Source: Macrostomum hystrix
Lineage: Eukaryota; Animalia; Platyhelminthes
Reading direction: 5' to 3'
Assembly (NCBI GenBank): GCA_950097015.1
Contig: CATNEN010000011.1
Location: forward strand, 6,510,001 to 6,574,000
DNA: 64,000 bases
The first letter of the stretch is position 1, and each line of letters starts with the position of its first letter. The notes beneath the pieces were generated by a model. It did not search any database. It saw only the letters and a program-made list of their open reading frames with translations, and had not been told where the DNA came from. The position numbers and the translations under genes are program-made. Shown piece after piece: positions 1 through 11,853 of this stretch.

Positions 1-25
1 AAGGCAATCCTTTGCAGGCTATCTG

Positions 26-150
26 GGGTTGTGGAACAGGGTTTTAAAGCGTCGAACTCATGACTCGAAGGTCGGGGGCTCGATTCGGGACTCCACTGCA
101 AAAATTTGTGTCCTTTAGCAATTATGCACCTAACATGCACCCAGCTGTTA
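26..150 (+). mobile_element. Degenerate tRNA-headed SINE fragment (family C) with CORE-like segment
   Basis: tRNA-like head gcgtcgaactcatgactcgaaggtcgggggctcgattc is homologous to 60348-60390. It is followed by ttgtgtccttt...cacccagctgttaa, which resembles the CORE domain of CORE-SINEs and recurs at 2388-2465. Confidence 0.45.
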
Positions 151-690
151 ACACTAGGACTGCCAAGCCATTTTGCCGTCCGTTTTTATACCAACGCAGC
201 AAAAAAAATTGGCAGCGCCTGAATGCTAACAGCGTTGGGTGGTGACTGATTGGTTGACAGACTAGGCGATGGTGTCCTGTGGTTGAGCTGCGCCTAATAT
301 TTAGGCTTGATCAGTGACATTGAAGAAATTCACGACAATGTGTCCATGGTGGCCTAGTTCCACCTGTTGTAGCCCTTGAAGGTCCTCAAATCCGTCTAGA
401 TAAAGGTAGGTGACCACTGAAGACGGAGATGATGCAGGCCAGAACCATCGAATATCTCGAAGGTCTGAAGTGCTGGCGACTTGATTCTTCTTTCAGAAGA
501 TGCGCAACAAAAAGTTGGCCCGTGTTGTTGAGTTTCGTGTCGTGATTGCGTTGTTCCGTTCGGATGCAGCAACATCTAATATTAGCTGCAGGGGTATTTT
601 AATGTGGGTGTGACGTCCTCACCGTCGAACGCAGCCTTCAGATGAGCCGCGCAATAGCTGCGGCTGTGCTGTTGGATGTAATAAGTTGTT

Positions 691-1037
691 AATAATAATA
701 ATAATAATTGCAGGAGGGCTGCGGGCAATGGCACATCATTTGGTGACACTAGACCCGCAGCCAGCGAGGAGGCAATTCTGCCCATTTCGCTGACTCCTGA
801 GCACACACGCACACAGATACTGTACGCAGGCACACGCTCGCACAGGTGTGTACATCTTACACACTTTCACTGTGTACACCTTGGAGGCTGACCCTCAATT
901 GCGTAAATTGCACGACAAGCCCCCAAGCCTTCTCTCCGCGGCTGCGCCCCAAATGAATGTGGCCTCGGCCGTGGAATCGAACTTAGGGACCTTGGTGCGA
1001 GAGGCAAACGCGTTAACCGCTCTGCCACCGACCCCCC
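691..1037 (-). mobile_element. tRNA-derived SINE family A, copy 1
   Basis: On the - strand: A box tggcagagcgg, B box agttcgattcc, 3' hairpin ggctgcggg/cccgcagcc and an (ATT)n tail. Homologous copies at 2052, 9185 and 60506. Confidence 0.85.
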
Positions 1038-1879
1038 GAGTCAGATGTTGACTCAAAGACTCAATTTTCTGCAGTAAATTTCCATGCAACCATGTGAGAT
1101 GTTTAGCAGTTTCTGACTGAGCCAATATTTTTTATATTATGGTCACAAGAGGCTCAGAATCATTTTTTGACAGTCGATGAACTGAAGCAATTGTGTCAGC
1201 CTCTCTGTTTGCTGTATGAAACTAATGGGCTGAATCTAACCGAGCTCAAAAAACCTGCTGCTCAGCAGACAGCGCGAGGGCAGAGAGACCACTGAGGAGA
1301 GCGTGCATGAAGGCGGTGTAAATAAGTTAGGGGAGTTAGGCTTTTATTCAAATGTAAAGAAGTCGCTCATTGTGTTTTAAGTACGCTTATGTTGCCCTTA
1401 GCAACGCTTGGCAACGCAGTAAAACTGCCACGACAGACCGCTTGCCTCCCTCTCACCCCGGCCCTTGTCACGCTAAAAACTCTAGTCCAGCCGACCTTAT
1501 TTAAGCGGTTTATCGTACCGGCTGGCTATTGGCTGAGAGCGGCAGCGCCCACCCCACCGCCGCCACCTACCCCTGCCTTATTTTAAACTGGAACGAGAGA
1601 CACTCTTCAGCCACAGCCCACCCTGCCCTCCGTATTTAGCTCTCTGGCACCCATGAGCTGGCAATCTCTTTCACAGACCCTGCCAACTTGCTTGCAAAGA
1701 CAATAACCACGTCACGAGTTTCGGCCTCGACAACTTTGCTTGCTGACTGCTTTCAAATAGAAGCAGCCTTCTTAAGAAGCTTTCTTATTATAACCGAACA
1801 TATTGTCTTTTGTCGCTAGGAGAACTGTGCTCAACTAGTTTGTTTGACTGTTTGCTATTTTTTACTTCGTCATCGTCAG

Positions 1880-1948
1880 CGAAATTCGACATGGCTCTGG
1901 CTGAAATGTTCGCTTTGGATCCTAAATCGACAAGCACCGCTGATCAAG
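1880..1948 (+). CDS. Possible upstream exon of the ZMYND8-like gene (KFDMALAEMFALDPKSTSTADQ)
   Basis: Acceptor cgtcag|, donor CAAG|gtagga, and phase 1 matches the 3737 exon. FDMALAEM loosely resembles the end of the ZMYND8 PWWP domain. Weak support. Confidence 0.3.
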
Positions 1949-2051
1949 GTAGGATCGATCATGCTGCTGTTGATCAGGTTATTGACGATCTATAATTAGA
2001 TTCAGCTGTTGCTATTATTAAATAACAGGTATATAAGTACCAAGGCCCCGG

Positions 2052-2386
2052 ATAATAACAATTGCAGGAGGGCTGCGGGCAATGCCACATCATTCGGTGA
2101 CACTAGACCCGCAGCCAGCGAGGAGGCAATTCTGCCCATTTCGCTGACTCCTGAGCATACGCTCACACAGGTGTGTACATCTGCCCTGACTTTCTCATCG
2201 TCAGGCAGTGTACACTTCACTGTGCCTTCAAGGTTGGCCCTCAAGGGCGTAAATTGCACGACAACCCACCAAGCCTTCTCTCCGCGGCTGCGCCCCAAAT
2301 GAATGTGGCCTCACCACGGGAAATTATCGAGCTGTGGGACATTGGTGCGAGAGGCAAACGCGTTAGCCGCTCTAACCCTAACCCCC
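2052..2386 (-). mobile_element. SINE family A, copy 2
   Basis: Colinear with 691-1037 and 9185-9555. Keeps the central ctgccctgac...gtcaggcag hairpin. Confidence 0.85.
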
Positions 2387-2387
2387 A

Positions 2388-2500
2388 TTTGTGTCCTTTG
2401 AATTTTTGTAAGGAACTTGCATAACTCTACGTTGCTGCAGTTCACACAGCTGTTAAATGGGTACCAGCGTTAGTTGGGGTAATTGGGGTAATTCAGGGTA
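2388..2500 (+). mobile_element. CORE-like SINE fragment (family C)
   Basis: ttgtgtccttt...cacacagctgttaaatgggtacc matches my recollection of the CORE-SINE central domain and is similar to 106-150. Confidence 0.45.
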
Positions 2501-3300
2501 TGTTTGGCGTACCCCCTGTCCATGGACTGTACTGCCGTACGCATTCTGACTGCGCCATGCACATCTGACCCGATTGGGGGCAGGTGTACTCAATTACTGT
2601 TAAAACTAACTCACGGCATGTCAGGACAAGAATTCACTAATTCAGGAATGATGACAAGACGACAAGTTGAAAGGCTGGCACAAGTTCAGTATAGAAGGCA
2701 TTGCAATCAAGTGTACTGGCATTTTTCACGTGGAATTATTCTTGTACGACCTCTGCGAAAATCCAATGTAACCATGGTTACCAAGTGCGGCCAACGCGTC
2801 CTACAATTCCTTCACCCCCTCCCATCCTTCCCCAGTTCCCAGAGTCCCCACTGTCACTTGTAACACTTCCTTATTTAAAGACTTTGACAAAGAGGTCAGA
2901 GCACTCATGCGATGGATACAAGACAAAAGAAGGAAGTTTCTATCGTATCTTTCGATGCAACAGAAGCTTGTATCCAGCAGGCTTTTAGAGGGACTAAATT
3001 TAGCTGATTGCACGGCACATATTTGCTTTTTTTAAAGAAAAAAGCTTTAGAATTTGAAATTTCTCTATAATCTACACGTTTGCTTTATAAGATTGCTTGA
3101 CGTCAAAAGATGGCATTTAGAGTGCCCTGTTAACGAGGGATTCTCTGACGAGGGATTAGTCTGAGCATCTCCATGCTAGAATTGCTAAGAATATGACACT
3201 GTAGATTGTCAGCCTTCGAGTGTTTTATGTCTGCTTTTAGCTATTTTATAGTGTACATATGTATATTCCTACTCCCTCTTCTAACCACGTCAGACTCGGA

Positions 3301-3670
3301 ACCCTCTTTCCCCGTCTCTCACCCTCTTCCCCCACCTCTCACCTTCTTTCCCCGCCTCTCACCCTCTTTCCCCGCCTCTCACCCTCTTTCTCCGCCTCTC
3401 ACCCTCCTTCCCCGCCTCTCACCCTCTTTCCCCGCCTCTCACCCTCTTTCCCCGCCTCTCACCCTCTTCTTTCCACGCCTCTCACCCTCTTTCCCCGCCT
3501 CTCACCCTCTTTCCCCGCCTCTCACCCTCCTTCCCCGCCTCTCACCCTCTTTCCCCGCCTCTCACCCTCTTTCCCCGCCTCTCACCCTCCTTCCCCGCCT
3601 CTCACCCTCTTTCCCCGCCTCTCACCCTCTTTCCCCGCCTCTCACCCTCTTTCCGCGCCTCTCACCCTCA
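3301..3670 (+). repeat. 20-bp CT-rich minisatellite (ctctcaccctctttccccgc)n
   Basis: About 18 tandem units ending about 65 nt before the 3737 acceptor. Confidence 0.95.
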
Positions 3671-3736
3671 TTCACCGGCTGTTAATATCTTGGCCTCAAA
3701 AAATTCCCATTTGATCCCTCGGACCCTCTCTCGCAG

Positions 3737-4044
3737 ACTCTCCCGCGACGTCCGGCAGCCGACGGAGCAGCCGAAAGGCGAAGCCAAACCGCAGCTTCTT
3801 CGAGCTCCAGGCATCGACGCTGTTCGCCCAGAAACGAAGAGCAAATCAAGCGGTTGAAGCTCCATCTGTGGAAGCCGCCCCTGCGGTCAGTCTCGACAGT
3901 GATTCACCGGCTCGGCCGCCCATAAAGAAATGGCGCCTAAACGGTGCCTTCGAGAATGCCAATTCTTTCCAAGACGAGCGACAGGAAGAGGAGACGCATG
4001 CAGTGACGCAAACAAACCGACCAGAGGTGACGCCATCGATTCAG
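3737..4044 (+). CDS. ZMYND8: ZMYND8-like gene, penultimate exon (gene is 5'-partial in this window)
   Basis: ctcgcag| acceptor, open frame SPATSGSRR...PPIKKWR...PSIQ, donor CAG|gtaaac. Joins the 4426 exon in phase 0. Confidence 0.7.
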
Positions 4045-4348
4045 GTAAACTACCGAGTGTACACAAGCAACAGGGTTTTGTGTGACCATTCTTTCAGTTC
4101 AGAATTAGCTAGATCAGAAATGCAGTCAGAACATACTCGTACTTGGTCAAGTTTGGTAGTTTGGTGCTCAGTGTCAAGCTAGCCACCGCCTTTCAGTCTG
4201 TCTTAGGTCACGCTTCTGTATTCCTGTTTTGTGCCAAATTTAGTCTCGCACTCAATGACACAATGCGTCTAAAACTCAAAGAAAAGCAAAGCAATTGTGA
4301 ATTGTTCAAAGTCCTGTCAAGTCTCTAGTGAAGAGTAGAGAGACTGCA

Positions 4349-4405
4349 GGGGGTGTATTTCAAATACCAACAATTATATTTTTCCTGCATCTACCAAAAT
4401 ATTTG
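4349..4405 (+). mobile_element. MITE terminal fragment
   Basis: gggg..gtatttcaaatac plus the following 40 nt align with the ends at 6201 and 13790 (reverse complement). Confidence 0.5.
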
Positions 4406-4425
4406 GTTTGCGTCACATTTCCCAG

Positions 4426-5004
4426 GCACACCAAGAAACAGAGTCGAATACGAGAGAAGCAGAGAAGACCTCGAGGGAGCATCAGCGGTGGCTGATTGAG
4501 TCCATCAAAGCCGATGCTGTTGAGGCTTTCAACAAAATAGTCAGCGAACATCTTAGCAGCGTTTCTGCAGTGCGCGCTGATGCGGCCGCTTCAAATCCAG
4601 AGCCGAACAAGACAGACGAGAGTGTCCAGCAGCTGACGCAGAGGCTGACGCAGATGTCTCAGCAGCATTGTGTGGACATTGCTCGCCTACAAATGCTGCA
4701 CCAGCTGCAATTGGCTGAACTCGGGCACAATCATCAATTAGCGATGTGCGAGCAGCGCGCCGCTTTGGACTTGGAAAAGCAGACGGCACTGAACGAGCTC
4801 TTGCGCAGTCAAGAGGCCGATATGGCTTGCCGGATTGACGCTATCAAAGCGCGACAGTGGTGCGCCACTTGCGGCAGAGAGGCATTCTTCTACTGCTGCT
4901 GGAACACGGCTTACTGTGACGCCAGGTGTCAGCAGAAGCATTGGCCCGCCCACATGGCAACCTGTGCTCAGCGTGGCGGCATGATGGGCTCCGGCAGGCG
5001 GTGA
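4426..5004 (+). CDS. ZMYND8: ZMYND8-like (RACK7/PRKCBP1 family) terminal exon: coiled coil plus MYND zinc finger
   Basis: ttcccag| acceptor. QWCATCGREAFFYCCWNTAYCDARCQQKHWPAHMATC is a MYND finger closer to ZMYND8 than to ZMYND11. TGA at 5002-5004. Confidence 0.85.
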   Translation, partial: AHQETESNTREAEKTSREHQRWLIESIKADAVEAFNKIVSEHLSSVSAVRADAAASNPEPNKTDESVQQLTQRLTQMSQQHCVDIARLQMLHQLQLAELGHNHQLAMCEQRAALDLEKQTALNELLRSQEADMACRIDAIKARQWCATCGREAFFYCCWNTAYCDARCQQKHWPAHMATCAQRGGMMGSGRR

Positions 5005-5041
5005 AAAATTTGGAGCCTTTCTGTGGCGCTAGTCTAAGTAC

Positions 5042-5680
5042 AATGTGGCGCTCCTCTGAATAAAATGTGGCGCTACTCTGAATAAAATGTGGCGCTACTC
5101 TGAATAAAATGTGACGCTACTCTGAATAAAATGTGGCGCTACTCTGAATAAAATGTGGCGCTACTCTGAATAAAATGTGGCGCTACTCTGAATAAAATGT
5201 GACGCTACTCTGAATATAATGTGGCACTCTTCTATTTTAAGTGTAGTGCCCTTCTGAGTAAAATGTGGCGCTCTTCTGATTGTAAAATGTGGCGCTCTTC
5301 TGATTGTAAAATGTGGCGCTCTTCTGATTGTAAAATGTGGCGCTCTTCTGATTGTAAAATGTGGCGCTCTTCTGATTGTAAAATGTGGCGCTCTTCTGAT
5401 TGTAAAATGTGGCGCTCTTCTGATTGTAAAATGTGGCGCTCTTCTGATTGTAAAATGTGGCGCTCCTCTGATTGTACGAGAAAAAGTGTGGCGCTCTTCT
5501 GATTGTAAAATGTGGCGCTCTTCTGATTGTAAAATGTGGCGCTCTTCTGATTGTAAAATGTGGCGCTCTTCTGATTGTAAAATGTGGCGCTCTTCTGATT
5601 GTAAAATGTGGCGCTCTTCTGATTGTAAAATGTGGCGCTCTTCTGATTGTAAAATGTGGCGCTCTTCTGATACTAAACAG
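5042..5680 (+). repeat. Compound 22-bp/24-bp minisatellite in the 3' UTR region
   Basis: (aatgtggcgctactctgaataa)n grades into (aaatgtggcgctcttctgattgta)n. Confidence 0.95.
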
Positions 5681-6200
5681 CAAGAGATGAGCTGAGCATC
5701 CTTCTGTAGTCTGCGCGTGCATTTAAGTGTGCATTGCTAGCTTAAACTGTTTCCAACGGTTCATTGTGTCTTTACTATGACACTGTCGACTCACTCATTT
5801 GTTCGTGTTTCTGCCCTCCTTACAATTTCCCCTGTCTTGCCTGTGTGTCCGCTGTTATGCAGCATTGTATAATAACACATTTCGATTGCTCTTTGAATAA
5901 GCAGCAATAGACTTTGATTGCGTAATTATAAACAGACGCGGAGTGTTTGCGAGCTACTTTATTTAACCTGTTGAATAAGTGGAACTGAAGACTATATTTA
6001 ACACATTCTTACCTCTGTATAAACGCTTAGTTCAATTGAATTTATTCTTAATTTTGAAAATCTGTAGAGAAAATGTACGAGTATTTAGTATTTGGTATGG
6101 TTAAGTCTCATACAGGAAAAATCTTTTTATGAGAGCAAGTTTATCGACTCAAATATGGCTAAAATTCAAACCTGGTCATGTTAGTTCAGTAGAAAGACCA

Positions 6201-6608
6201 GGGGGGGTATTCAAAATACACTGATTTCTCTTTTTTCTCTTTCTCCCAAAAATATTCAACCAATCGCCTGGAAAATTGAAAAGGAATTTCAAAACACCGA
6301 GATATTTAACGATTCTCGGCGAGGTTGTCTGTTGGCGAAAGTACTATTTTCTGCTCACAAAATTTAATCGTGTAACCGGGTCTATGAGAATTTCCCGCTG
6401 GTATTTTTCCCGCACAGACTTTTTTCCCCGCAGAAAGATGTTCCCGCAAGAAATTTCTCGTGATGGCCTGTTTACCTTCCTACCTGTCTGTGTCTGTCTG
6501 TCTGTCTGTCTGACTGTCTGTCTGTCCGTCTGTCTAGAATCGGTCACAAGAATCGGTCATTCGGTTTGGGGGCTACGTGAACTAGGCAGTGGGTAATTTG
6601 AAACTTGA
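6201..6608. mobile_element. MITE-like non-autonomous TIR element, short copy
   Basis: The left end aligns with the reverse complement of 13620-13790. 6551-6604 aligns with the reverse complement of 12564-12635. No clear TSD. Confidence 0.6.
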
Positions 6609-7035
6609 CGTGGTCGTTTCGCAGCGGGACCTCTGGTTGAAGAATGAAATTTGTTTCATTCTAGCTAAGCGACAATTCTTTTACTGCTTCTGTGCTGCCA
6701 AACTCCAAAGTACATTTTGCTACCTATTTGGGTGCTTCTGCAGAAAAACGGTCATTATTAGCTGCTGCAGGCAATCTTGCATATCTTATCTATCCGAAGT
6801 TCGTGCCGGCTGGCATGCTGGCATGGCAACGCTAGAAACCCGATAAATCCAGTTGCTTTCACAATTTAGCTATCGCTTCTTGTCTCTTATCTTGAACTTT
6901 GACGAATATCGAGCTGTCACTGGCAGAATACTCAAAGTGGTAAAATTCGGTTTTTATTTTCAACAGAAAGTCATGCCTGATACACTGGCTGTCTGATGAC
7001 TTAGTCAATTGACTCAGTCATGAAGTTATTTAGAT

Positions 7036-8818
7036 GCAATTCTAGGTGCAACTCTAGACTGCAATTCTAGGTGCAACTCTAGACTGCAATTCTAGGTGCA
7101 ACTCTAGACTGCAATTCTAGGTGCAACTCTAGACTGCAATTCTAGGTGCAACTCTAGACTGTAATTCTAGGTGCAATTCTAGACTGTAATTCTAGGTGCA
7201 ATTCTAGACTGCAATTCTAGGTGCAATTCTAGACTGCAATTCTAGGTGCAACTCTAGACTGCAATTCTAGGTGCAACTCTAGACTGCAATTCTAGGTGCA
7301 ACTCTAGACTGTAATTCTAGGTGCAATTCTAGACTGTAATTCTAGGTGCAATTCTAGACTGTAATTCTAGGTGCAACTCTAGACTGTAATTCTAGGTGCA
7401 ATTCTAGACTGTAATTCTAGGTGCAACACTAGACTGAAATTCTAGTTGCAATTCTAGACTGCAATTCTAGGTGCAACTCTAGACTGCAATTCTAGGTGCA
7501 ACTCTAGACTGTAATTCTAGGTGCAACACTAGACTGAAATTCTAGTTGCAATTCTAGACTGCAATTCTAGGTGCAACTCTAGACTGCAATTCTAGGTGCA
7601 ACTCTAGACTGCAATTCTAGGTGCAATTCTAGACTGCAATTCTAGGTGCAACTCTAGACTGCAATTCTAGGTGCAATTCTAGACTGTAATTCTAGGTACA
7701 ACTCTAGACTGCAATTCTAGGTGCAACTCTAGACTGCAATTCTAGGTGCAACTCTAGACTGCAATTCTAGGTGCAATTCTAGACTGTAATTCTAGGTACA
7801 ACTCTAGACTGCAATTCTAGGTGCAACTCTAGACTGCAATTCTAGGTGCAATTCTAGACTGCAATTCTAGGTGCAACTCTAGACTGCAATTCTAGGTGCA
7901 ATTCTAGACTGTAATTCTAGGTACAACTCTAGACTGCAATTCTAGGTGCAACTCTAGACTGCAATTCTAGGTGCAACTCTAGACTGCAATTCTAGGTGCA
8001 ACACTAGACTGTAATTCTAGGTGCAACTCTAGACTGTAATTCTAGGTGCAATTCTAGACTGTAATTCTAGGTGCAATTCTAGACTGTAATTCTAGGTGCA
8101 ACTCTAGACTGTAATTCTAGGTGCAATTCTAGACTGTAATTCTAGGTGCAACACTAGACTGAAATTCTAGTTGCAATTCTAGACTGCAATTCTAGGTGCA
8201 ACTCTAGACTGCAATTCTAGGTGCAACTCTAGACTGTAATTCTAGGTGCAACACTAGACTGAAATTCTAGTTGCAATTCTAGACTGCAATTCTAGGTGCA
8301 ACTCTAGACTGCAATTCTAGGTGCAACTCTAGACTGCAATTCTAGGTGCAATTCTAGACTGCAATTCTAGGTGCAACTCTAGACTGCAATTCTAGGTGCA
8401 ATTCTAGACTGTAATTCTAGGTACAACTCTAGACTGCAATTCTAGGTGCAACTCTAGACTGCAATTCTAGGTGCAACTCTAGACTGCAATTCTAGGTGCA
8501 ATTCTAGACTGTAATTCTAGGTACAACTCTAGACTGCAATTCTAGGTGCAACTCTAGACTGCAATTCTAGGTGCAATTCTAGACTGCAATTCTAGGTGCA
8601 ACTCTAGACTGCAATTCTAGGTGCAATTCTAGACTGTAATTCTAGGTACAACTCTAGACTGCAATTCTAGGTGCAACTCTAGACTGCAATTCTAGGTGCA
8701 ACTCTAGACTGCAATTCTAGGTGCAACACTAGACTGTAATTCTAGGTGCAACTCTAGACTGTAATTCTAGGTGCAACTCTAGACTGCAATTCTAGGTGCA
8801 ACTCTAGACTGCAATTGT
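7036..8818 (+). repeat. 25-bp minisatellite (gcaattctaggtgcaactctagact)n with a 725-bp higher-order duplication
   Basis: About 71 units, each made of 12-bp and 13-bp sub-repeats. Rare variants recur at a 725-bp offset (7426/8151, 7696/8421). Confidence 0.95.
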
Positions 8819-9184
8819 AGATGTATTTCCTGCGATGGTTCTAAAATGCATTATTTTCTAGCAGTCATAGATAGCTTTGAGGTAACAGATAACGTTACCC
8901 ATACCTCGGGCATGAACTATGCCTTCAATACTTCAGTTTTCGTTTGGTAATTCAGATAGCTCGTAATGGTCGCCAAAGCGCTGCATGCAGTTTGCTGAAT
9001 TCGAATAAACAAAGATCTGAAAGTCTGCTAAATGAAACTAGAAGCGGTGATTTACTACCACAGGTCTAAAGAAAGTGTAATAATTGCAGGTTCAAGTCTT
9101 GTCAATCAGTGCATTCTTTTTTATATATTAATTTTAGAAAGGATTTTAAGACCATATAGAGCGCATTGAATCCTATTCGCTATC

Positions 9185-9555
9185 AATAAAAATAATAGTA
9201 TTAATTGCAGGAGGGCTGCGGGCAATGGCACATCATTTGGTGACACTAGAACCGCAGCCAGCGAGGAGGCAATTCTGCCCATTTCGCTGACTCCTGAGCA
9301 CACACGCCCACAGATACTGTACGCAGGCACACGCTCACACAAGTGTGTACATGTGATCCTGACTTTGTCGTCAGGCAGTGTACACTTCACTGTGCCTTCG
9401 AGGTTGGCACTCAAGGGCGTAAATTGCACGACAAGCCCCCAAGCCTTCTCTCCGCGGCTGCACTCCAAATGAATGTGGCCTCGCCGTGGAATCGAACTTA
9501 GGGACCGTGGTGTGAGAGTAGTCCAAACGCGATAACCGCTCTGCCACTTACCCCC
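9185..9555 (-). mobile_element. SINE family A, copy 3
   Basis: Full-length alignment to copies 1 and 2, with the B box and AT-rich tail. Confidence 0.85.
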
Positions 9556-10114
9556 GATACCGATATCACAACACAACTCAAAACTTAGTTATACTTGCTT
9601 GACTGTCTATGCCACTCTATTGATTAAAACAATCCATAAATTATATTTGTAAAATATTGCTAACCTATTGTTGTGATGTGAAAAAAATGTATCGTATGTT
9701 TCCTTTTCCGATTCACCAGCACGGTGGCTTTGCATGATTTGGCTGTTAGAAATGTTGCCCTGAATGCTTAGCCTTCATAGTGGAATAATTGCTACTCAAA
9801 CAAACCCAGCAGTATGGTTATTCCCAGTATCGTTGAGCAGCAAAGGCACTCAGCTATGCAGTTCATCAGGCAGATTTTTTGCAAATTTAGAGAAGCTCGT
9901 ATCATCAAATTTGCTGGATTCATATCCTATTGTCAACAGTAGAAAATGTATTCTGGCTAATCTAGATAGACGTGTATTAGTCAGGACTTTAGCAAAATGC
10001 GCTTCAAATAGGCTGTGCGCTCTACTTAAATAAGAAGTAGTGTGAGAGCACTTTTAAATATGTATAATAAAAAATAGGAAAAAATTAATAAAACAGTATA
10101 GATAAGTACTGAAG

Positions 10115-11345
10115 AAGACAAAAAAGAGGAGAGAAGGGGAGCCGAGACTGAGAGGGAGAGGTGTAAGTAAGAGAGGGGAGAGAAGAGAAGGGATAGAAAG
10201 AGAGAGGAGAGATGGACAGGGAAGAAAAGGAGAGGGGAGGGAAGGGCAGGGGAGAGAAGGAGGGGGAGAGAAGCAGAGGGGAGAGAAGGAGAGTAGAGAG
10301 AACGACTAGGGAGACAGGGAGAGGGGATAGAAAAGGCGGGGAGAGAAGGAGAGCGGATAGAAGGAGAGTGGATAGAAGGAGAGGGGAGAGAAAGAGAGGG
10401 ATGAGAAGGAGAGGGGAGAGAAGGAGGGGGAGAGAAGGAGAGGGATGAGAAGGAGAGGGGAGAGAAGAAGAGGGATGAGAAGGAGAGGGGAGAGGGGGAG
10501 AGAAGGAGAGGGGAGAGAAGGAGAGGGAGAGAAGCAGAGGGGAGAGAAGGAGAGTAGAGAGAACGACTAGGGAGACAGGGAGAGGGGATAGAAAAAGCGG
10601 GGAGAGAAGGAGAGCGGATAAAAGGAGAGTGGATAGAAGGAGAGGGGAGAGAAAGAGAGGGATGAGACGGGGAGAGAAGGAGAGGGGAGAGAAGGAGCGC
10701 GGATAGAAGGAGAGTGGATAGAAGGAGAGGGGAGTGAAGCAGAGGGGAGAGAAGGAGAGGGGAGAGAAGGAGAGGGGAGAGAAGGAGAGGGAAGAGTAGA
10801 AGAGTAGGGAGGGGTGAGAAGGAGAGGGGAGAGAAGGAGAGGGGAGAGAAGGAGAGGGGAGAGAAGGAGAGGGGAGAGAAGGAGAGGGGAGAGAAGGAGA
10901 GGGGAGAGAAGGAGAGGGTGAGAGAAGGAGAGGGTGAGAAAGAGAGGGGAGAGAAGGAGAGGGGAGAGAAGGAGAGGGGAGAGAAGGAGAGGGGAGAGAA
11001 GGAGAGGGTGAGAAAGAGAGGGTAGAGAAGGAGAGGGGAGAGAAGGAGAGGGAAGAGTAGAAGAGTAGGGAGGGGAGAGAAGGAGAGGGGAGAGAAGGAG
11101 AGGGTGAGAAAGAGAGGGGAGAGAAGGAGAGGGGAGAGAAGGAGAGGGTGAGAAAGAGAGGGGAGAGAAGGAGAGGGGAGAGAAGGAGAGGGAAGAGTAG
11201 AAGAGTAGGGAGGGGAGAGAAGGAGAGGGGAGAGAAGGAGAGGGTGAGAAAGAGAGGGGAGAGAAGAAGAGGGATGAGAAGGAGAGGGGAGAGAAGAAGA
11301 GGGATGAGAAGGAGAGGGGAGAGAAGGAGAGGGGAGAGAATGAGA
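10115..11345 (+). repeat. GA-rich 15-bp satellite (gagaaggagagggga)n
   Basis: Purine-only tract with an internal 261-bp duplication (aacgactagg at 10301 and 10562). Confidence 0.95.
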
Positions 11346-11853
11346 GGTGAGGGAATGAGATGGGTTGAGAGAAAACGAGAAGAACTGACAGTCCGCATTA
11401 TACATTATGTGTTAATTTTTATTTTGCAGCTTGTTAATTTAAAATGAAAAATGAGTCCATTTTGACTATGAAAAAGCCATTGGTAAATGCAAGCAGAATT
11501 CATAACTTTAGCTCTCAGAGACTGGTCAGAGCAGGTTGGTAATCTCTAACACAGCGTAAGCAACCTCAGCCTACGCAAACACAAGTGCCATGCATGTGCA
11601 ACCTGAAATGTGTTAGATTAAATAAAATCAGTGTGAATGCAAGTTAGTGGCTGGTCTGAGCCAATATAAACAGAGAATCAGGCCATTACGCATTAGATTC
11701 GTGTGCGAACACAGATGATTCAAAGTTAAAAAGTAGCGTTTCCTGTTACAAAGGCCAACTCGCAGGCCATATATGTATGTGTGCGGCATGCATGGCGGCA
11801 AAAATATCATTTTTCAGCTATACAAAAATTAAAGTGTTCATTTAAACAAAACA

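Noticed and set aside
760-773. HDV-like ribozyme in SINE family A: the - strand reads GCCTCCTCGCTGGC, identical to the P3/L3 region of the HDV genomic ribozyme
   Set aside because: The next 7 nt are not followed by the GG needed for P1.1, there is no C-N-A-A J4/2 with a catalytic C, and family B replaces the loop while keeping an alternative hairpin. An Infernal or RNArobo search with HDV-like models would settle it.
2178-2215. Hammerhead-like words CTGACGA...GAAA in the SINE-A central hairpin (- strand)
   Set aside because: Only 3 nt lie between the two core strands (no stem II), there is no stem III, and the bases pair into a simple hairpin.
10026-11405. Ser/Pro/Leu-rich and Arg/Gly/Glu-rich ORFs over GA/CT tracts (also 3206-3714, 15008-15700, 37688-38919, 46148-46512, 47234-48412)
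   Set aside because: Low-complexity satellite translations.
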